Shown: positions 18,793 through 29,276 of the stretch, in pieces
Layout: the number at the start of each line of letters is the position of its first letter
Position numbering within the stretch: position 1 is the stretch's first letter
Source: an uncultured delta proteobacterium
Lineage (GTDB): Bacteria; Desulfobacterota; Syntrophia; Syntrophales; Smithellaceae
DNA length: 64,000 bases
Assembly (NCBI GenBank): GCA_963753975.1
Contig: CAVWEH010000006.1
Location: 1 to 64,000 of the forward strand
Direction: 5' to 3'
Translations under genes and position numbers: made by a program
Notes under the pieces: model-generated
What the model was told of the DNA's origin: nothing
What the model saw: only the letters and a program-made list of their open reading frames with translations
Database searches by the model: none

Positions 18793-21263
18793 CTGATTCT
18801 AAATTCGACGGGCTTTTACTTAACGCCGAAAAGCCCAGCCGTTACCTGGGCAGCGAAGTAAATGCCGTGCATAAAGACAAAAAAGAAGTGCGCTTCCTTC
18901 TTGCCTTTCCGGATACATATGAAGTAGGCATGTCGCATCTCGGTTTACAGATTTTGTATTCCGTTTTGAACGAAATCCCGTATATGCAGGCGGAAAGATG
19001 TTTCGCGCCCTGGCCGGACAGGGAGAGTCAACTGCGCCAACTAAGAATACCGCTGACATCTTTAGAATCACAAACACCTATAGTAAATTTTGACGTTATC
19101 GGTTTTTCCCTTCAGTATGAACTGTCTTTTACCAATGTATTGAACATGCTGGATTTGGGAGGTATACCGCTTGCACGAAGCGAACGCAAAAATAACCATC
19201 CCCTGATAATTGCCGGAGGCCCTTGCTGTTTTAATCCCGCACCTCTGGCCGGCTTTATCGATGCTTTTGTCATCGGTGAAGGAGAAGAAATCGTTTTAGA
19301 AATTGCAGCGGCAATCCGCACAGGCAAAAAGAAAAAAACCCCCCGGCATGATTTGCTCGAGCAACTGGCACAAATTTCCGGCATTTATGTTCCTGCCGTT
19401 CATGGGAAAAATCAACTCATCAAAAAAAGAATTGTTGCCGACCTCAATTTATGGTCGCATCCTCTAAATCCCGTTGTTCCGCTTATGCAGACGATTCATG
19501 ACCGCATCATTTTGGAAATAGCGCGCGGCTGCACGCGAGGATGCAGATTCTGCCAGGCGGGAATGATTTGGCGTCCTTACCGGGAAAGAAACGCCTCTTT
19601 GCTCGTACAGATGGCCGAAAAATTATTGTCGGCAACCGGTCACGACGAAATATCTCTTTTATCCTTGAGTTCAGGGGACTATAGCTGCCTGGAATCCTTA
19701 ATAAAAACCCTGATGAAACAGCATTATTCCCAAAGAGTAGCTTTGGCTTTGCCCTCATTGCGCGTCGAGTCGCTGACCGGAATATTAATCGACGAGATCA
19801 AAAAAACCCGCAAAACCAGTTTTACGCTGGCGCCGGAAGCCGGAACGGATAAAATGCGCCGGGTAATAAATAAAGGCAACACCGCCCACGATTTGATCTC
19901 TATAGTCGATAAAATATTCACCGCCGGTTGGAGATCAATCAAACTCTATTTCATGCTGGGGCTACCTTACGAAACTGAGGAAGATTTGGAAGGAATTATA
20001 GAGTTGAGCCAGCAGGTTCTGAAGGCGGCAAGAAAACGCGGGCAGGTTACCATTAGCCTTTCCACTTTTGTACCTAAACCGCATACGCCTTTTCAATGGC
20101 AAAGACAAATTTCTTTGGAAGAAACTTATATCAAACAGGATTTCTTTCGCCGACGGGCAAGAGACCGCAATCTCAGCTTGAAATGGCATGACGCAAAAAT
20201 GAGCTTACTGGAAGGTATGTTTTCACGCGGCGATGAAAGATTGGGAGAGCTTTTGGAAAAAGTCTTTCTTAAAGGATGCCGTTTCGATGGTTGGACCGAG
20301 CTTTTACGTTTTGAGTTCTGGCAGGAAGTAATGGATGAACTGGGTGTTAATCCTCACGACTACCTGCGCGAACGCGAAATAAACGAAAATCTTCCGTGGG
20401 ATAACATTGACTGCGGCGTGAGCCGACAATTTTTATTGCAGGAAAGACAAAAATCGGCGCAAATGTCGGAAACGGAAGATTGCCGGTTTGCCACTTGTCA
20501 AAACTGCGGGGTTTGTGATTTCTCGACAACAAAGAATATTTTTGCCGAGGCAGAGGGAACTCCAGAAATTACTCCATCACCGCCAACAGTCATTTCCGCT
20601 GCGCCGGAAAAAATTTACCGTTTTACCTTTAACAAACTTGGAAGGGCGCGGTTTTTATCTCATCGTGAACTTTCCACGGCTTTGATCCGCTCCTTACGCC
20701 GCAGCAGTCTTGCCCTTGTTCATTCTTCCGGCTATCATCCGCATCCTAAAATATCTTTTGCCACAGCTACCCCGGTAGGACTGGAAAGCAGAGAAGAATA
20801 CATGGACATAACCGCGCTGGAATATCCAGCCGATTTAAATTTATTAAAAAGTGAAGTCAATTCCGCCTTACCTCCGGGCATTGAAGTCCTTGAAATAAGG
20901 ATCCTTTCCGCCGGCGCAAAGGCGCTGGCACAAGCGCTGTACGGATTTATCTACGAACTATATCTACCGGCAGATACCGATGAGCGGCGGCTTAATATAA
21001 TTAAAGAAAACATAGAAAAATTTCTGGCATCGGCATCATTTAAGATTCAAAGGATATCGAAGGGAAAAACCATAATTAAAGATATCCGTCCTTTTGTAGA
21101 AAGCATGAATCTTAATGCCGCTGAAAAAAGAATTGAATTCACAGTGCTATACACGCAGGAAGGATCGGCCAGGCCTTTTGATATCATTATCCATGTTCTG
21201 GGTTATAACAAAGAAGAAACCGGACAAATCTATTTTACTAAAATAAAAACTTTGTTTTTTTGA
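18789..21263 (+). CDS. TIGR03960-type radical SAM protein fused to a DUF2344 domain
   Basis: EKPSRY, FPDTYEVGMSHLG, CTRGCRFC (CxxxCxxC), TLAPEAGT, C-terminal RFLSH and GYHPHPKISF. Confidence 0.9.
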   Translation: MTDSKFDGLLLNAEKPSRYLGSEVNAVHKDKKEVRFLLAFPDTYEVGMSHLGLQILYSVLNEIPYMQAERCFAPWPDRESQLRQLRIPLTSLESQTPIVNFDVIGFSLQYELSFTNVLNMLDLGGIPLARSERKNNHPLIIAGGPCCFNPAPLAGFIDAFVIGEGEEIVLEIAAAIRTGKKKKTPRHDLLEQLAQISGIYVPAVHGKNQLIKKRIVADLNLWSHPLNPVVPLMQTIHDRIILEIARGCTRGCRFCQAGMIWRPYRERNASLLVQMAEKLLSATGHDEISLLSLSSGDYSCLESLIKTLMKQHYSQRVALALPSLRVESLTGILIDEIKKTRKTSFTLAPEAGTDKMRRVINKGNTAHDLISIVDKIFTAGWRSIKLYFMLGLPYETEEDLEGIIELSQQVLKAARKRGQVTISLSTFVPKPHTPFQWQRQISLEETYIKQDFFRRRARDRNLSLKWHDAKMSLLEGMFSRGDERLGELLEKVFLKGCRFDGWTELLRFEFWQEVMDELGVNPHDYLREREINENLPWDNIDCGVSRQFLLQERQKSAQMSETEDCRFATCQNCGVCDFSTTKNIFAEAEGTPEITPSPPTVISAAPEKIYRFTFNKLGRARFLSHRELSTALIRSLRRSSLALVHSSGYHPHPKISFATATPVGLESREEYMDITALEYPADLNLLKSEVNSALPPGIEVLEIRILSAGAKALAQALYGFIYELYLPADTDERRLNIIKENIEKFLASASFKIQRISKGKTIIKDIRPFVESMNLNAAEKRIEFTVLYTQEGSARPFDIIIHVLGYNKEETGQIYFTKIKTLFF

Positions 21264-21428
21264 CATTAACTTAGCAACTCGGCGATTCATTACCTTCTCC
21301 TTGAACCGTTTTTATTCAATAGGGAAGCAAACAGACTGGTGGAGCTAAACTCCGTGAATTGACCTTATTCCCCGGAGAAAGAGCGCTTTGATATTAACAT
21401 GGCGCGGTCATAATATGCTTGGTTTATG

Positions 21429-22349
21429 TTAATAAAGTCGAAGTTCTATGTCCGATAAGTAAAACTGACTTTCTTCCTCGCGTTTGCCCAGCTCTTCGTA
21501 AAGCATCATGACGGTATTCACATACACCTCGCTGTGGTTATAATGCCACACTGCATCGCGTTTTTTCTCGGTGGAAGCATACTCAAGCCAGCCCGAGCTT
21601 TTCAGGTAATTGCCCATGGTTGCTGTTGCATCTTCCATGTTAAAGGGATCGATTATGCCGTCTCCGTCTCCGTCAACACCATAGTTCCGAAACGTAGAAG
21701 GGATAAATTGTGCCGGCCCCAAAGCTCCGGCAAATGATCCCGTTATGTTCAAGGGATCTATTCCCAAGTTATTAGCTAGAAGAGTAAGGTGGTAGAGTTC
21801 AGACAATGCCCACTGCGCCTTTTTGTGCGCCCTGGTAATGGTGGCTTGATCATGGAGCAGCGGATACTTATCGGCATATGCTTGCTGTATTTGACTGAAG
21901 TAGTCCGCGTCGAGCAACATACCCAGGTTCGCGTAAGCTGTAACAACATTATAACGCATGGGGTAGGTTCCCAGTTTCGATTCTACGATAAGAATTGCCG
22001 TGATGATGCGGGGAGATGTTCCAAAACGTTTCTCCACGTAAGACAATGATTCGGCATGTTCCTTGATGAAAGCCCTGCCGTTTTCGATATATTTGGGGTC
22101 GATACGCATTATCACCGGATCTTCTTCGGTTCCCTTGGGACTCGCGTAGAAAAGGTTCTGGATAACTATTTCCGGCTGGAGAGATATTCGGGGATCATAT
22201 ATCATGCCCTGAACCTGTGATTTATCCAACCCCTCTTCCACCAGGCGATCTTCGATAAACTGCCTCGATAACTCGCTTGCTGCCCATGACGAGACAGAGA
22301 ATAACAAAAAAATCATTATGCTTATAAAAAACGCTATTGTTTTTTTCAC
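21429..22349 (-). CDS. Lytic murein transglycosylase B-like (SLT_2)
   Basis: Signal peptide, ILIVESKLG, GSFAGALGPAQFIPS, DGDGDG, YNHS. Confidence 0.88.
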   Translation of the reverse strand: MKKTIAFFISIMIFLLFSVSSWAASELSRQFIEDRLVEEGLDKSQVQGMIYDPRISLQPEIVIQNLFYASPKGTEEDPVIMRIDPKYIENGRAFIKEHAESLSYVEKRFGTSPRIITAILIVESKLGTYPMRYNVVTAYANLGMLLDADYFSQIQQAYADKYPLLHDQATITRAHKKAQWALSELYHLTLLANNLGIDPLNITGSFAGALGPAQFIPSTFRNYGVDGDGDGIIDPFNMEDATATMGNYLKSSGWLEYASTEKKRDAVWHYNHSEVYVNTVMMLYEELGKREEESQFYLSDIELRLY

Positions 22350-22514
22350 GCCTCAACCATTTTTACCACAACCTTATTTTCACTCAATCATTTTTAATAT
22401 TACAGCTTTATTTTACATCGTCCAAGCTTTATACGCAAGATGATTTAATATTAATTCATGATGTCGGCCAAAAAATATCCTCCAATTTAAAATTGTCCGG
22501 TTAATTAAATTATA

Positions 22515-22543
22515 TTGACAAACAGACGCAAATTATTTATAAG
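22515..22543 (+). promoter_or_regulatory. sigma70 promoter of rplU-rpmA
   Basis: TTGACA-17 bp-TATAAG upstream of the ATG at 22578. Confidence 0.6.
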
Positions 22544-22577
22544 CTTCGCTCTTAATTACATGATCAAGGATAGTCTA

Positions 22578-22889
22578 ATGTATGCAGTAATAAAAACAGG
22601 AGCAAAGCAGCACAAAGTCAGCGAAGGTGATGTTTTATCCGTAGAAAAGCTCACAGGCGAGAAAGGCTCGGAAGTAGTTTTTAACGAAGTTCTAATGGTC
22701 TCCGGCGATCAGGGCGTAAAAATCGGCAAGCCTTTCGTGGCGGGAGCCAAGGTCATCGGAGAAATCATCACACAAAAGCAAGGCCCGAAAATTCACGTTT
22801 ATCACATGAAACGCCGCAAGGGTTTCCATAAGAAAACCGGGCATCGCCAGGAATTAACCAGCATGAAAATAAAGAAGATTTCGATATAA
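22578..22889 (+). CDS. rplU: 50S ribosomal protein L21
   Basis: [14 protein letters not shown]...[14 protein letters not shown]. Confidence 0.97.
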   Translation: MYAVIKTGAKQHKVSEGDVLSVEKLTGEKGSEVVFNEVLMVSGDQGVKIGKPFVAGAKVIGEIITQKQGPKIHVYHMKRRKGFHKKTGHRQELTSMKIKKISI

Positions 22890-22901
22890 GCGGAGGAAGT
22901 A

Positions 22902-23156
22902 ATGGCACATAAAAAAGGTCAGGGAAGTTCCCGCAACGGTAGAGACAGTAATTCGCAGCGGCGCGGCGTCAAAGTATATAGCGGCCAGAATATCCATGCA
23001 GGATCGATTATCGTGCGGCAGGTGGGAACAAAAATCCACCCGGGAAACAACGTGGGAATGGGTAAAGATTTCACTCTTTTCTCTCTGATTAACGGGATTG
23101 TAAAATTTGAGAGACTCGACAAAACGAGAAAGAAAGTAAGCGTTTACGCATCATAA
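22902..23156 (+). CDS. rpmA: 50S ribosomal protein L27
   Basis: [16 protein letters not shown]. Confidence 0.98.
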   Translation: MAHKKGQGSSRNGRDSNSQRRGVKVYSGQNIHAGSIIVRQVGTKIHPGNNVGMGKDFTLFSLINGIVKFERLDKTRKKVSVYAS

Positions 23157-23182
23157 AAGATGGTCTAAATTTTTTTTATTTT

Positions 23183-23213
23183 AAAGGCGCTTGTAACAAA
23201 GCGCCTTTTTATT
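23183..23213 (+). terminator. Intrinsic terminator after rpmA
   Basis: AAAGGCGCTT-loop-AAGCGCCTTT followed by T-rich sequence. Confidence 0.75.
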
Positions 23214-23285
23214 TAATGAGACTCCAATTTCAAGAACGAAGTGTATTGAAATTGGCAAGCCGAATTATCCCGCGCATGCGGGATT
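23214..23285. repeat. Family-A repeat, left module
   Basis: TAATGAGACTCCAATTTCAAGAACGAAGTGTATTGAAATTGGCAAGCCGAATTATCCCGCGCATGCGGGAT aligns with 1628-1699. Confidence 0.85.
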
Positions 23286-23349
23286 GCGGTACGGCCACTT
23301 CAAATACAGTTGATGTTATTTCTGAAGAAAATCTACCCGGATAATATTT

Positions 23350-24357
23350 ATGAAATTTGTTGATGAAGCAAAAATTTATATTAAAGCCGGGCATGGCGGC
23401 CGTGGCTGTGTAAGTTTTCGGCGGGAAAAGTTTGTGCCTCGCGGCGGTCCTGACGGCGGTGACGGAGGCAAAGGTGGAGATATCATTTTTCGCGCAGACC
23501 AAAGCCGCCGCACGCTCTTGGATCTGAAATATCAACAGCACCATGTTGCTAAAAACGGCGGCCATGGCTCAGGAAACAATCGCACCGGCAAGAGCTCCAG
23601 TGATCTGGAGATTGTAGTGCCGGCAGGAACAATCCTTAAAGACGCTGAAACTCAAGAGGTACTTGCCGATTTATCCGAGGTTGGCCGGATTTATGTCGCT
23701 GCTCATGGGGGCATCGGCGGCAAGGGTAATGCTCATTTTGCCACTTCTACCCATCAAACGCCGCGCTTTGCCCAGGAAGGCATAGAAGGAGAAGAGCGCT
23801 GGATCAAACTGGAGCTAAAGCTTCTGGCCGATGTAGGTATTATAGGTTTTCCCAACGCCGGCAAATCAACTTTTATTTCGCGCGTATCCGCCGCTAAACC
23901 AAAAATTGCCGACTATCCTTTTACTACGCTCACGCCGCACTTAGGTGTTGTCCAGTATGCCGACCATAAGAGCTTTGTTCTCGCCGATATTCCCGGCCTT
24001 ATCTCCGGCGCGCATCAGGGTTTAGGTATGGGCATACAATTTTTGAGGCATGTGGAAAGAACGTCACTACTGCTGCATATTATCGACATCTCCATTGAAC
24101 CAAATACAGATGCCTGGCCTAACTATATGGCCATCAATAAGGAGTTAGGCCATTACAATCCGCAATTATTGGATAAGCCGCAAATAGTGGCCTTAAACAA
24201 GATTGATCTTCCCTTTGTCCGAGAGAAAGCTAAAAAAGAAGTTGCGCTATTCAAAAAAAAGCGGATAATACTTCATCTTTTTTCCGCTGTCACCGGAGAA
24301 GGAATACAGGAAATATTAAAAAATATTATCACATTATTAAATCAAGCAAAAAACTGA
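23350..24357 (+). CDS. obgE: GTPase ObgE
   Basis: FVDEAKI, FRREKFVPRGGPDGGDGG, GFPNAGKST, DYPFTT, DIPG, NKID. Confidence 0.97.
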   Translation: MKFVDEAKIYIKAGHGGRGCVSFRREKFVPRGGPDGGDGGKGGDIIFRADQSRRTLLDLKYQQHHVAKNGGHGSGNNRTGKSSSDLEIVVPAGTILKDAETQEVLADLSEVGRIYVAAHGGIGGKGNAHFATSTHQTPRFAQEGIEGEERWIKLELKLLADVGIIGFPNAGKSTFISRVSAAKPKIADYPFTTLTPHLGVVQYADHKSFVLADIPGLISGAHQGLGMGIQFLRHVERTSLLLHIIDISIEPNTDAWPNYMAINKELGHYNPQLLDKPQIVALNKIDLPFVREKAKKEVALFKKKRIILHLFSAVTGEGIQEILKNIITLLNQAKN

Positions 24358-24364
24358 TGTAACA

Positions 24365-25516
24365 ATGAAAAATATCCGTCAAAAAACCCTTTCCAGCGCA
24401 AAAAAAATACTGATCAAAGTAGGCTCGGCAGTACTTTCCGGCGCTGACGGACTCGACCTCAGGATTATTCATGCGCTGGTCAAAGAGATATCGTCTCTGG
24501 TGCGCCGGGGTTATTCCGTTGTGCTCGTAACCTCCGGCGCAATAGTTTCCGGAAAACATCGCCTGAACATAACAGGCAAACTCAAAAGCATTCCCGAAAA
24601 ACAGGCGGCGGCCGCCGTCGGGCAGGGAAGACTGATGCGCGTTTATTCCAAATCTTTTGAGAAAAACGGCCTGCATGTCGCGCAGCTTCTACTGACGCTT
24701 TCCGATCTCACCGATCGCCAGAGATACCTGAATATCCGCAATACTCTTTCCACTTTGATGGACTGGGGTGTTACTCCGATAATCAATGAAAACGACTCCG
24801 TCGCCGTGGACGAGATAAAATTCGGCGACAACGACAATCTTGCCGCAATGATCGCCAATATCGTCGAAGCCGATCTTTTTATCAATTTGACGAGTACCGC
24901 CGGTCTTTATGATTGCAATCCGGCGGAATTCAAAAAAGCCCGGCTTATTCCTCTGGTCACTGAATTCACCGACGAAATCGAAGCCGCCGCGACCGGAGAA
25001 ACTACAGCTGTGGGAGTGGGCGGCATGAAAAGCAAAGTCCTTGCCGCCAAAAAAGTTACGGCCATCGGCATTCCGTGTGTTATAGCCCCCGGCAAAAGAA
25101 AAAAGGTTTTGGCCGACATTCTGGCGGGAAAAGAAATAGGCACACTATTTTTGCCTATGGCTGATCGCCTCAACAGTAAGAAATATTGGATTGCCTTCAC
25201 CCTAGATCCCCGCGGCAAATTAGTTATTGACGAAGGCGCCAAGAAGGCATTACTGGAAAAAGGCAAAAGTCTTCTCCCTTCAGGAATTGTTGATGTGGAG
25301 GGAGATTTTGATTTGGGCGATCCGGTAAGCTGCGTTGACGGCGAAGGAATACCTCTGGCCAAAGGTCTCGTCAATTATAATTCGGCTGAAATCCGCAAAA
25401 TCAAGGGTTTAAAAACTTCGCAGATAAGCCAGGTTCTGGGGCACAAAGATTACGATGAGATCATCCACCGCGATAATCTGGCTATAACTAAACAAAATTT
25501 CGGAAACAAACTTTAA
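24365..25516 (+). CDS. proB: Glutamate 5-kinase
   Basis: IKVGSA, AAVGQ, INEND, FGDNDNL, GGMKSK, C-terminal PUA domain. Confidence 0.96.
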   Translation: MKNIRQKTLSSAKKILIKVGSAVLSGADGLDLRIIHALVKEISSLVRRGYSVVLVTSGAIVSGKHRLNITGKLKSIPEKQAAAAVGQGRLMRVYSKSFEKNGLHVAQLLLTLSDLTDRQRYLNIRNTLSTLMDWGVTPIINENDSVAVDEIKFGDNDNLAAMIANIVEADLFINLTSTAGLYDCNPAEFKKARLIPLVTEFTDEIEAAATGETTAVGVGGMKSKVLAAKKVTAIGIPCVIAPGKRKKVLADILAGKEIGTLFLPMADRLNSKKYWIAFTLDPRGKLVIDEGAKKALLEKGKSLLPSGIVDVEGDFDLGDPVSCVDGEGIPLAKGLVNYNSAEIRKIKGLKTSQISQVLGHKDYDEIIHRDNLAITKQNFGNKL

Positions 25517-25576
25517 GCTTGAAAAATGATAATAATGTAATCCTTTATGCATGGCCTTTTAGAAGAGTGATTCGTC

Positions 25577-27553
25577 ATGGAGACTATTGATTCGCAACAT
25601 AAAAATAGCCTAACGCACAGATTGTGGCACAAACTTGTCGGCCAACCGCGCAATGTAAATGAGCCATCACTCTTTCATAAAATATCCCTCATTCCCATCC
25701 TGGCCTGGATCGGCTTGGGCGCTGATGGGTTATCCTCTTCATCTTACGGCCCGGAAGAAGCATTCAAGGCTCTTGGCACTCATTCCTATATTGCAGTCCT
25801 TATCGCTCTGGCCACGGCGTTTACCGTTTTTATTATTGCTTATGCCTACACGCGCATAATTGAGCATTTCCCGCAAGGCGGCGGCGGGTATATTGTCTCG
25901 ACACAAACCATCAGCGCTAGCGCCGGTGTAATATCGGGAAGCGCATTGATTGTCGACTATATGCTGACAATCACGGTATCGCTCGTTTCCTGCGGCGATG
26001 CCATTTTTAGTTTTCTGCCGGTTACTTATCAAAAATACAAACTGATATTCGTCGCTTTTCTTATTTTTGCACTCATCATCATGAATTTGCGGGGCGTCAA
26101 AGAATCCGTCATGATTCTTGCGCCTATATTCATTGTTTTTGTTCTGACCCATATTTTGTTGATTGGTTACGGGTTATTTACCCACGTCGATCAATTTGGG
26201 ACTGTCTTCACCCAGTTTGACAGCAGTTTCCATCAGGATATCGTCTCCATCGGCTTTATCGGCATACTGGCAATTTTTCTACGAGCTTTCTCTCTGGGGG
26301 GCGGTACATATACAGGAATAGAAGCGGCATCAAACGGAATGCAAATCATGCGGGAGCCAAAGGTTCAGACGGGAAAGAGGACGATGGCCTACATGGCCAT
26401 ATCGCTTGCCTTCACCGCTGCCGGCTTATTGATTTGTTACGCGCTCTTTCAGATAAAACCGGTTGAAGGCAGAACATTAAATGCGATTCTTGCCGATGGA
26501 GTATTCGGCAATTGGTCCACGGGAGCGTTGATTGCGCTGATAACGATCCTTTCCGAAGGCGCTTTGCTTTTGGTAGGCGCCCAAGCAGGTTTTGTTGATG
26601 GACCGCGTGTTATGGCCAACATGGCAACGGATTATTGGCTGCCGCATCGCTTCGCCATGCTCTCGGAACGGCTCACAATGCAAAACGGCATTTTACTGAT
26701 GGGAGGCGCATCAATTATACTTTTGTTTTATACACATGCCTCCATTTCCGCTCTTGTCGTTATGTATTCGATCAATGTTTTTCTAACATTTTCACTCTCT
26801 CAGTTCGGCATGATCCGTTTTTTTCTTCACGATAAAGAAAAAGACAAAAATTGGAGAAGACACATAATCATCCATATAATTGGTTTTATTCTCTGCGTTA
26901 CGATACTCTGCGTAACTGTTTACGAAAAATTCGGGGAAGGCGGCTGGGCGACGTTAGTAATAACTTCCTTTCTCATAGGTTCGTGTTATCTGATTAAACG
27001 CCATTACCAGAAAGTCCGACAGGCCGCGCTCCAACTGGAAGATATTCTGCAAAAGATACGTCCGGGCAAAAATTTTAACAACGAACCATTGAATCCGAAG
27101 GAGCCCACAGCAATCATGCTGGTCAGCGGTTTCAACGGATTCGGTCTCCATACGTGGCTTTCGATCAACCGAAAATTCCCACATTTTTATAAAAACTTTA
27201 TTTTTGTATCGATTGCCGAAGTTAATCAGGGATGTTTTAAGGGAACCGAAGAAATGCAGCAATTAAACACTTCGGTTGAAGACGGCCTTAAAAAATATGT
27301 GCATCTCGTCCGCTCTTACGGGCTGGCCGCGGATTATAGAAGCGGTGTCTGCACGGATGTTGTGGAAAAAGCTACCGAGTTGTGTGAAGCGCTGGCCAAA
27401 GAATTCCCTAAGTCAATGGTTTTCACGGGGAAATTGATCTTTCGCCAGGAACATTTATTTCAAAGACTGCTGCATAATGAGACGGCTTATGCAATTCAGC
27501 GCCGTTTACAATGGGATGGAATCGAAACCGTCATTCTGCCGATTCGTGTCTGA
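25577..27553 (+). CDS. APC-family permease, KimA/YdaO-like K+ transporter
   Basis: DGLSSSSYGPEE, GGGGY, VDYMLT, NLRGVKES, TGIEAASNG; many TM segments and a cytoplasmic tail. Confidence 0.8.
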   Translation: METIDSQHKNSLTHRLWHKLVGQPRNVNEPSLFHKISLIPILAWIGLGADGLSSSSYGPEEAFKALGTHSYIAVLIALATAFTVFIIAYAYTRIIEHFPQGGGGYIVSTQTISASAGVISGSALIVDYMLTITVSLVSCGDAIFSFLPVTYQKYKLIFVAFLIFALIIMNLRGVKESVMILAPIFIVFVLTHILLIGYGLFTHVDQFGTVFTQFDSSFHQDIVSIGFIGILAIFLRAFSLGGGTYTGIEAASNGMQIMREPKVQTGKRTMAYMAISLAFTAAGLLICYALFQIKPVEGRTLNAILADGVFGNWSTGALIALITILSEGALLLVGAQAGFVDGPRVMANMATDYWLPHRFAMLSERLTMQNGILLMGGASIILLFYTHASISALVVMYSINVFLTFSLSQFGMIRFFLHDKEKDKNWRRHIIIHIIGFILCVTILCVTVYEKFGEGGWATLVITSFLIGSCYLIKRHYQKVRQAALQLEDILQKIRPGKNFNNEPLNPKEPTAIMLVSGFNGFGLHTWLSINRKFPHFYKNFIFVSIAEVNQGCFKGTEEMQQLNTSVEDGLKKYVHLVRSYGLAADYRSGVCTDVVEKATELCEALAKEFPKSMVFTGKLIFRQEHLFQRLLHNETAYAIQRRLQWDGIETVILPIRV

Positions 27554-27831
27554 CAAGAATCGAATTACCATGCTATTTCGTTGCAGCCGTCCCTAGAGAA
27601 TATCCCGCCTTTCCGTCGTCATATTTCCAACATATTATGTTCCTCTCCCTTGACAAAAAAGACATTTTCATTATCTTAAACCAAGAGAATTATTCTATCC
27701 AACGATTGTGCCGCATGCTGTTCATTATGCAATTCTCTTACCCGGTTAGGCGGCGGCACGCTCCTAAATTCTCTATTGTGACAGATAAATAACCTGCCGG
27801 AAGCAAAATTAAAGATATTAAGGAGGAAATC

Positions 27832-29169
27832 ATGTTACAGTTTGAATTAAGCCCCGAGCAAAAAGAGTTACAGGCAAAAGTTCGTGAATTTGCAGTCAAG
27901 GAAATCCTACCCGCAGTGTGGTATTACGATGAGAAGGATGAAATTCCACTTTTTTTGCTGCAAAAAGCCTTCAACGCCGGGTTTATGAACACCAACATTC
28001 CCGTAAAATACGGCGGCAAGGGATTTGGCCTTATCGAAAACGTTATCCTCACCGAAGAAATTTCTGCGGCCTGTCCGGGTCTTGCCACATCGATCTCCGA
28101 TAACTCCCTAGGCATGGCGCCACTTCTCCTTGGCGAGAACGAAAAACTCAGAGAAAAATATCTTCCGCTGATAGCCCGCGAATTCAAGCGCATTTGTTTC
28201 GCCACATCGGAACCTATTATGGGCTCCGATGTCGCCGGGATGCGCTGTCGTGCCGAAAAAAAAGGCGACGACTATATTCTGAACGGAACAAAGTACTGGA
28301 TTACCAATGCCGGCGTCGCCGATTACATGACGATTTTTGCCACAATTGACCCGGCTAAACAACATGCGGGCATCGGGGCGTTTCTCGTCGAAAGGAATTG
28401 GGACGGCGTTTCCGTTGGTAAAACTATTCCCAAATTGGGGCAACGCTCTTCGAATACGGCGGGAATCAACTTTAAAAACGTTCGCGTGCCCAAGGAAAAC
28501 GTAATTGCCGAACCCGGCAAAGGATTTGTCCTGGCTATGAAAACTTTCTCCCTGACCAGGTCAAGCATCGGCGCTTTTGCGGTAGGGGCTGCCCGCTCCG
28601 CAATGGAATATGCTATTGACTATGCGAAGAAAAGAAGGGTTTTCGGGACAAATATTTCTAACTTCGAAGCTATCCAGTTCAAGATTGCGGAAATGTATCA
28701 AAAAGTGGAAACATCCCGTCTTTTAGTATGGAAAGCGGCGTGGGAAGCGGACAACGGCATAGACCCGACGATAAGCGCCTCCATTGCCAAATTCTATGCA
28801 ACGGAAACGGCCATGGAAGTGGTCAACGACGCCCTGCAAATTTTCGGCGGCTACGGATACACCAAAATGTATCCTATTGAAAAATTACTGCGTGATATCC
28901 GGTTATTCAGCATCTACGAAGGCACAAGCGAGGTACAGCGGCTGATTGTTTCCGGCTACGTTTTGAATAATTACAAACCGGCAATGCCGCCCCTGGAAGA
29001 TCTTCCCCTGATCCGGGAACTTGATTTGAATGAACCTTCGGCAAAAGCCGTAACCGCCTGGCGCTGCCGCATCTGCGGGCACATCCACTACGGCGATCAG
29101 CCGCCTGATGAATGTCCGTCTTGCTTCTTCCCCAAAACAGCATTCAAAAAGATTTGGCCGATTGGTTAA
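27832..29169 (+). CDS. Acyl-CoA dehydrogenase with C-terminal rubredoxin-like domain
   Basis: SEPIMGSD, NGTKYWITN, QIFGGYGY, IYEGTSEVQ; tail WRCRICGHIH...CPSC. Confidence 0.92.
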   Translation: MLQFELSPEQKELQAKVREFAVKEILPAVWYYDEKDEIPLFLLQKAFNAGFMNTNIPVKYGGKGFGLIENVILTEEISAACPGLATSISDNSLGMAPLLLGENEKLREKYLPLIAREFKRICFATSEPIMGSDVAGMRCRAEKKGDDYILNGTKYWITNAGVADYMTIFATIDPAKQHAGIGAFLVERNWDGVSVGKTIPKLGQRSSNTAGINFKNVRVPKENVIAEPGKGFVLAMKTFSLTRSSIGAFAVGAARSAMEYAIDYAKKRRVFGTNISNFEAIQFKIAEMYQKVETSRLLVWKAAWEADNGIDPTISASIAKFYATETAMEVVNDALQIFGGYGYTKMYPIEKLLRDIRLFSIYEGTSEVQRLIVSGYVLNNYKPAMPPLEDLPLIRELDLNEPSAKAVTAWRCRICGHIHYGDQPPDECPSCFFPKTAFKKIWPIG

Positions 29170-29187
29170 TTGGATTGTCAAATATTT

Positions 29188-29236
29188 AGCCGGGAGCTAC
29201 CTGCGTATAACGAGTGCAGTTAGCTCCCGGCTTTTT
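29188..29236 (+). terminator. Intrinsic terminator between convergent genes
   Basis: AGCCGGGAGCTA...TAGCTCCCGGCT followed by TTTT. Confidence 0.7.
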
Positions 29237-29276
29237 CCTTCATTGTTTTCTTCCCTCGCGGCTACCGCCGCCGCGT

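Noticed and set aside
25517..25576. Expected riboswitches (c-di-AMP before the KimA-like gene, yybP-ykoY before mntP, ZTP before purO-purH)
   Set aside because: The leaders are too short or lack the consensus sequences.
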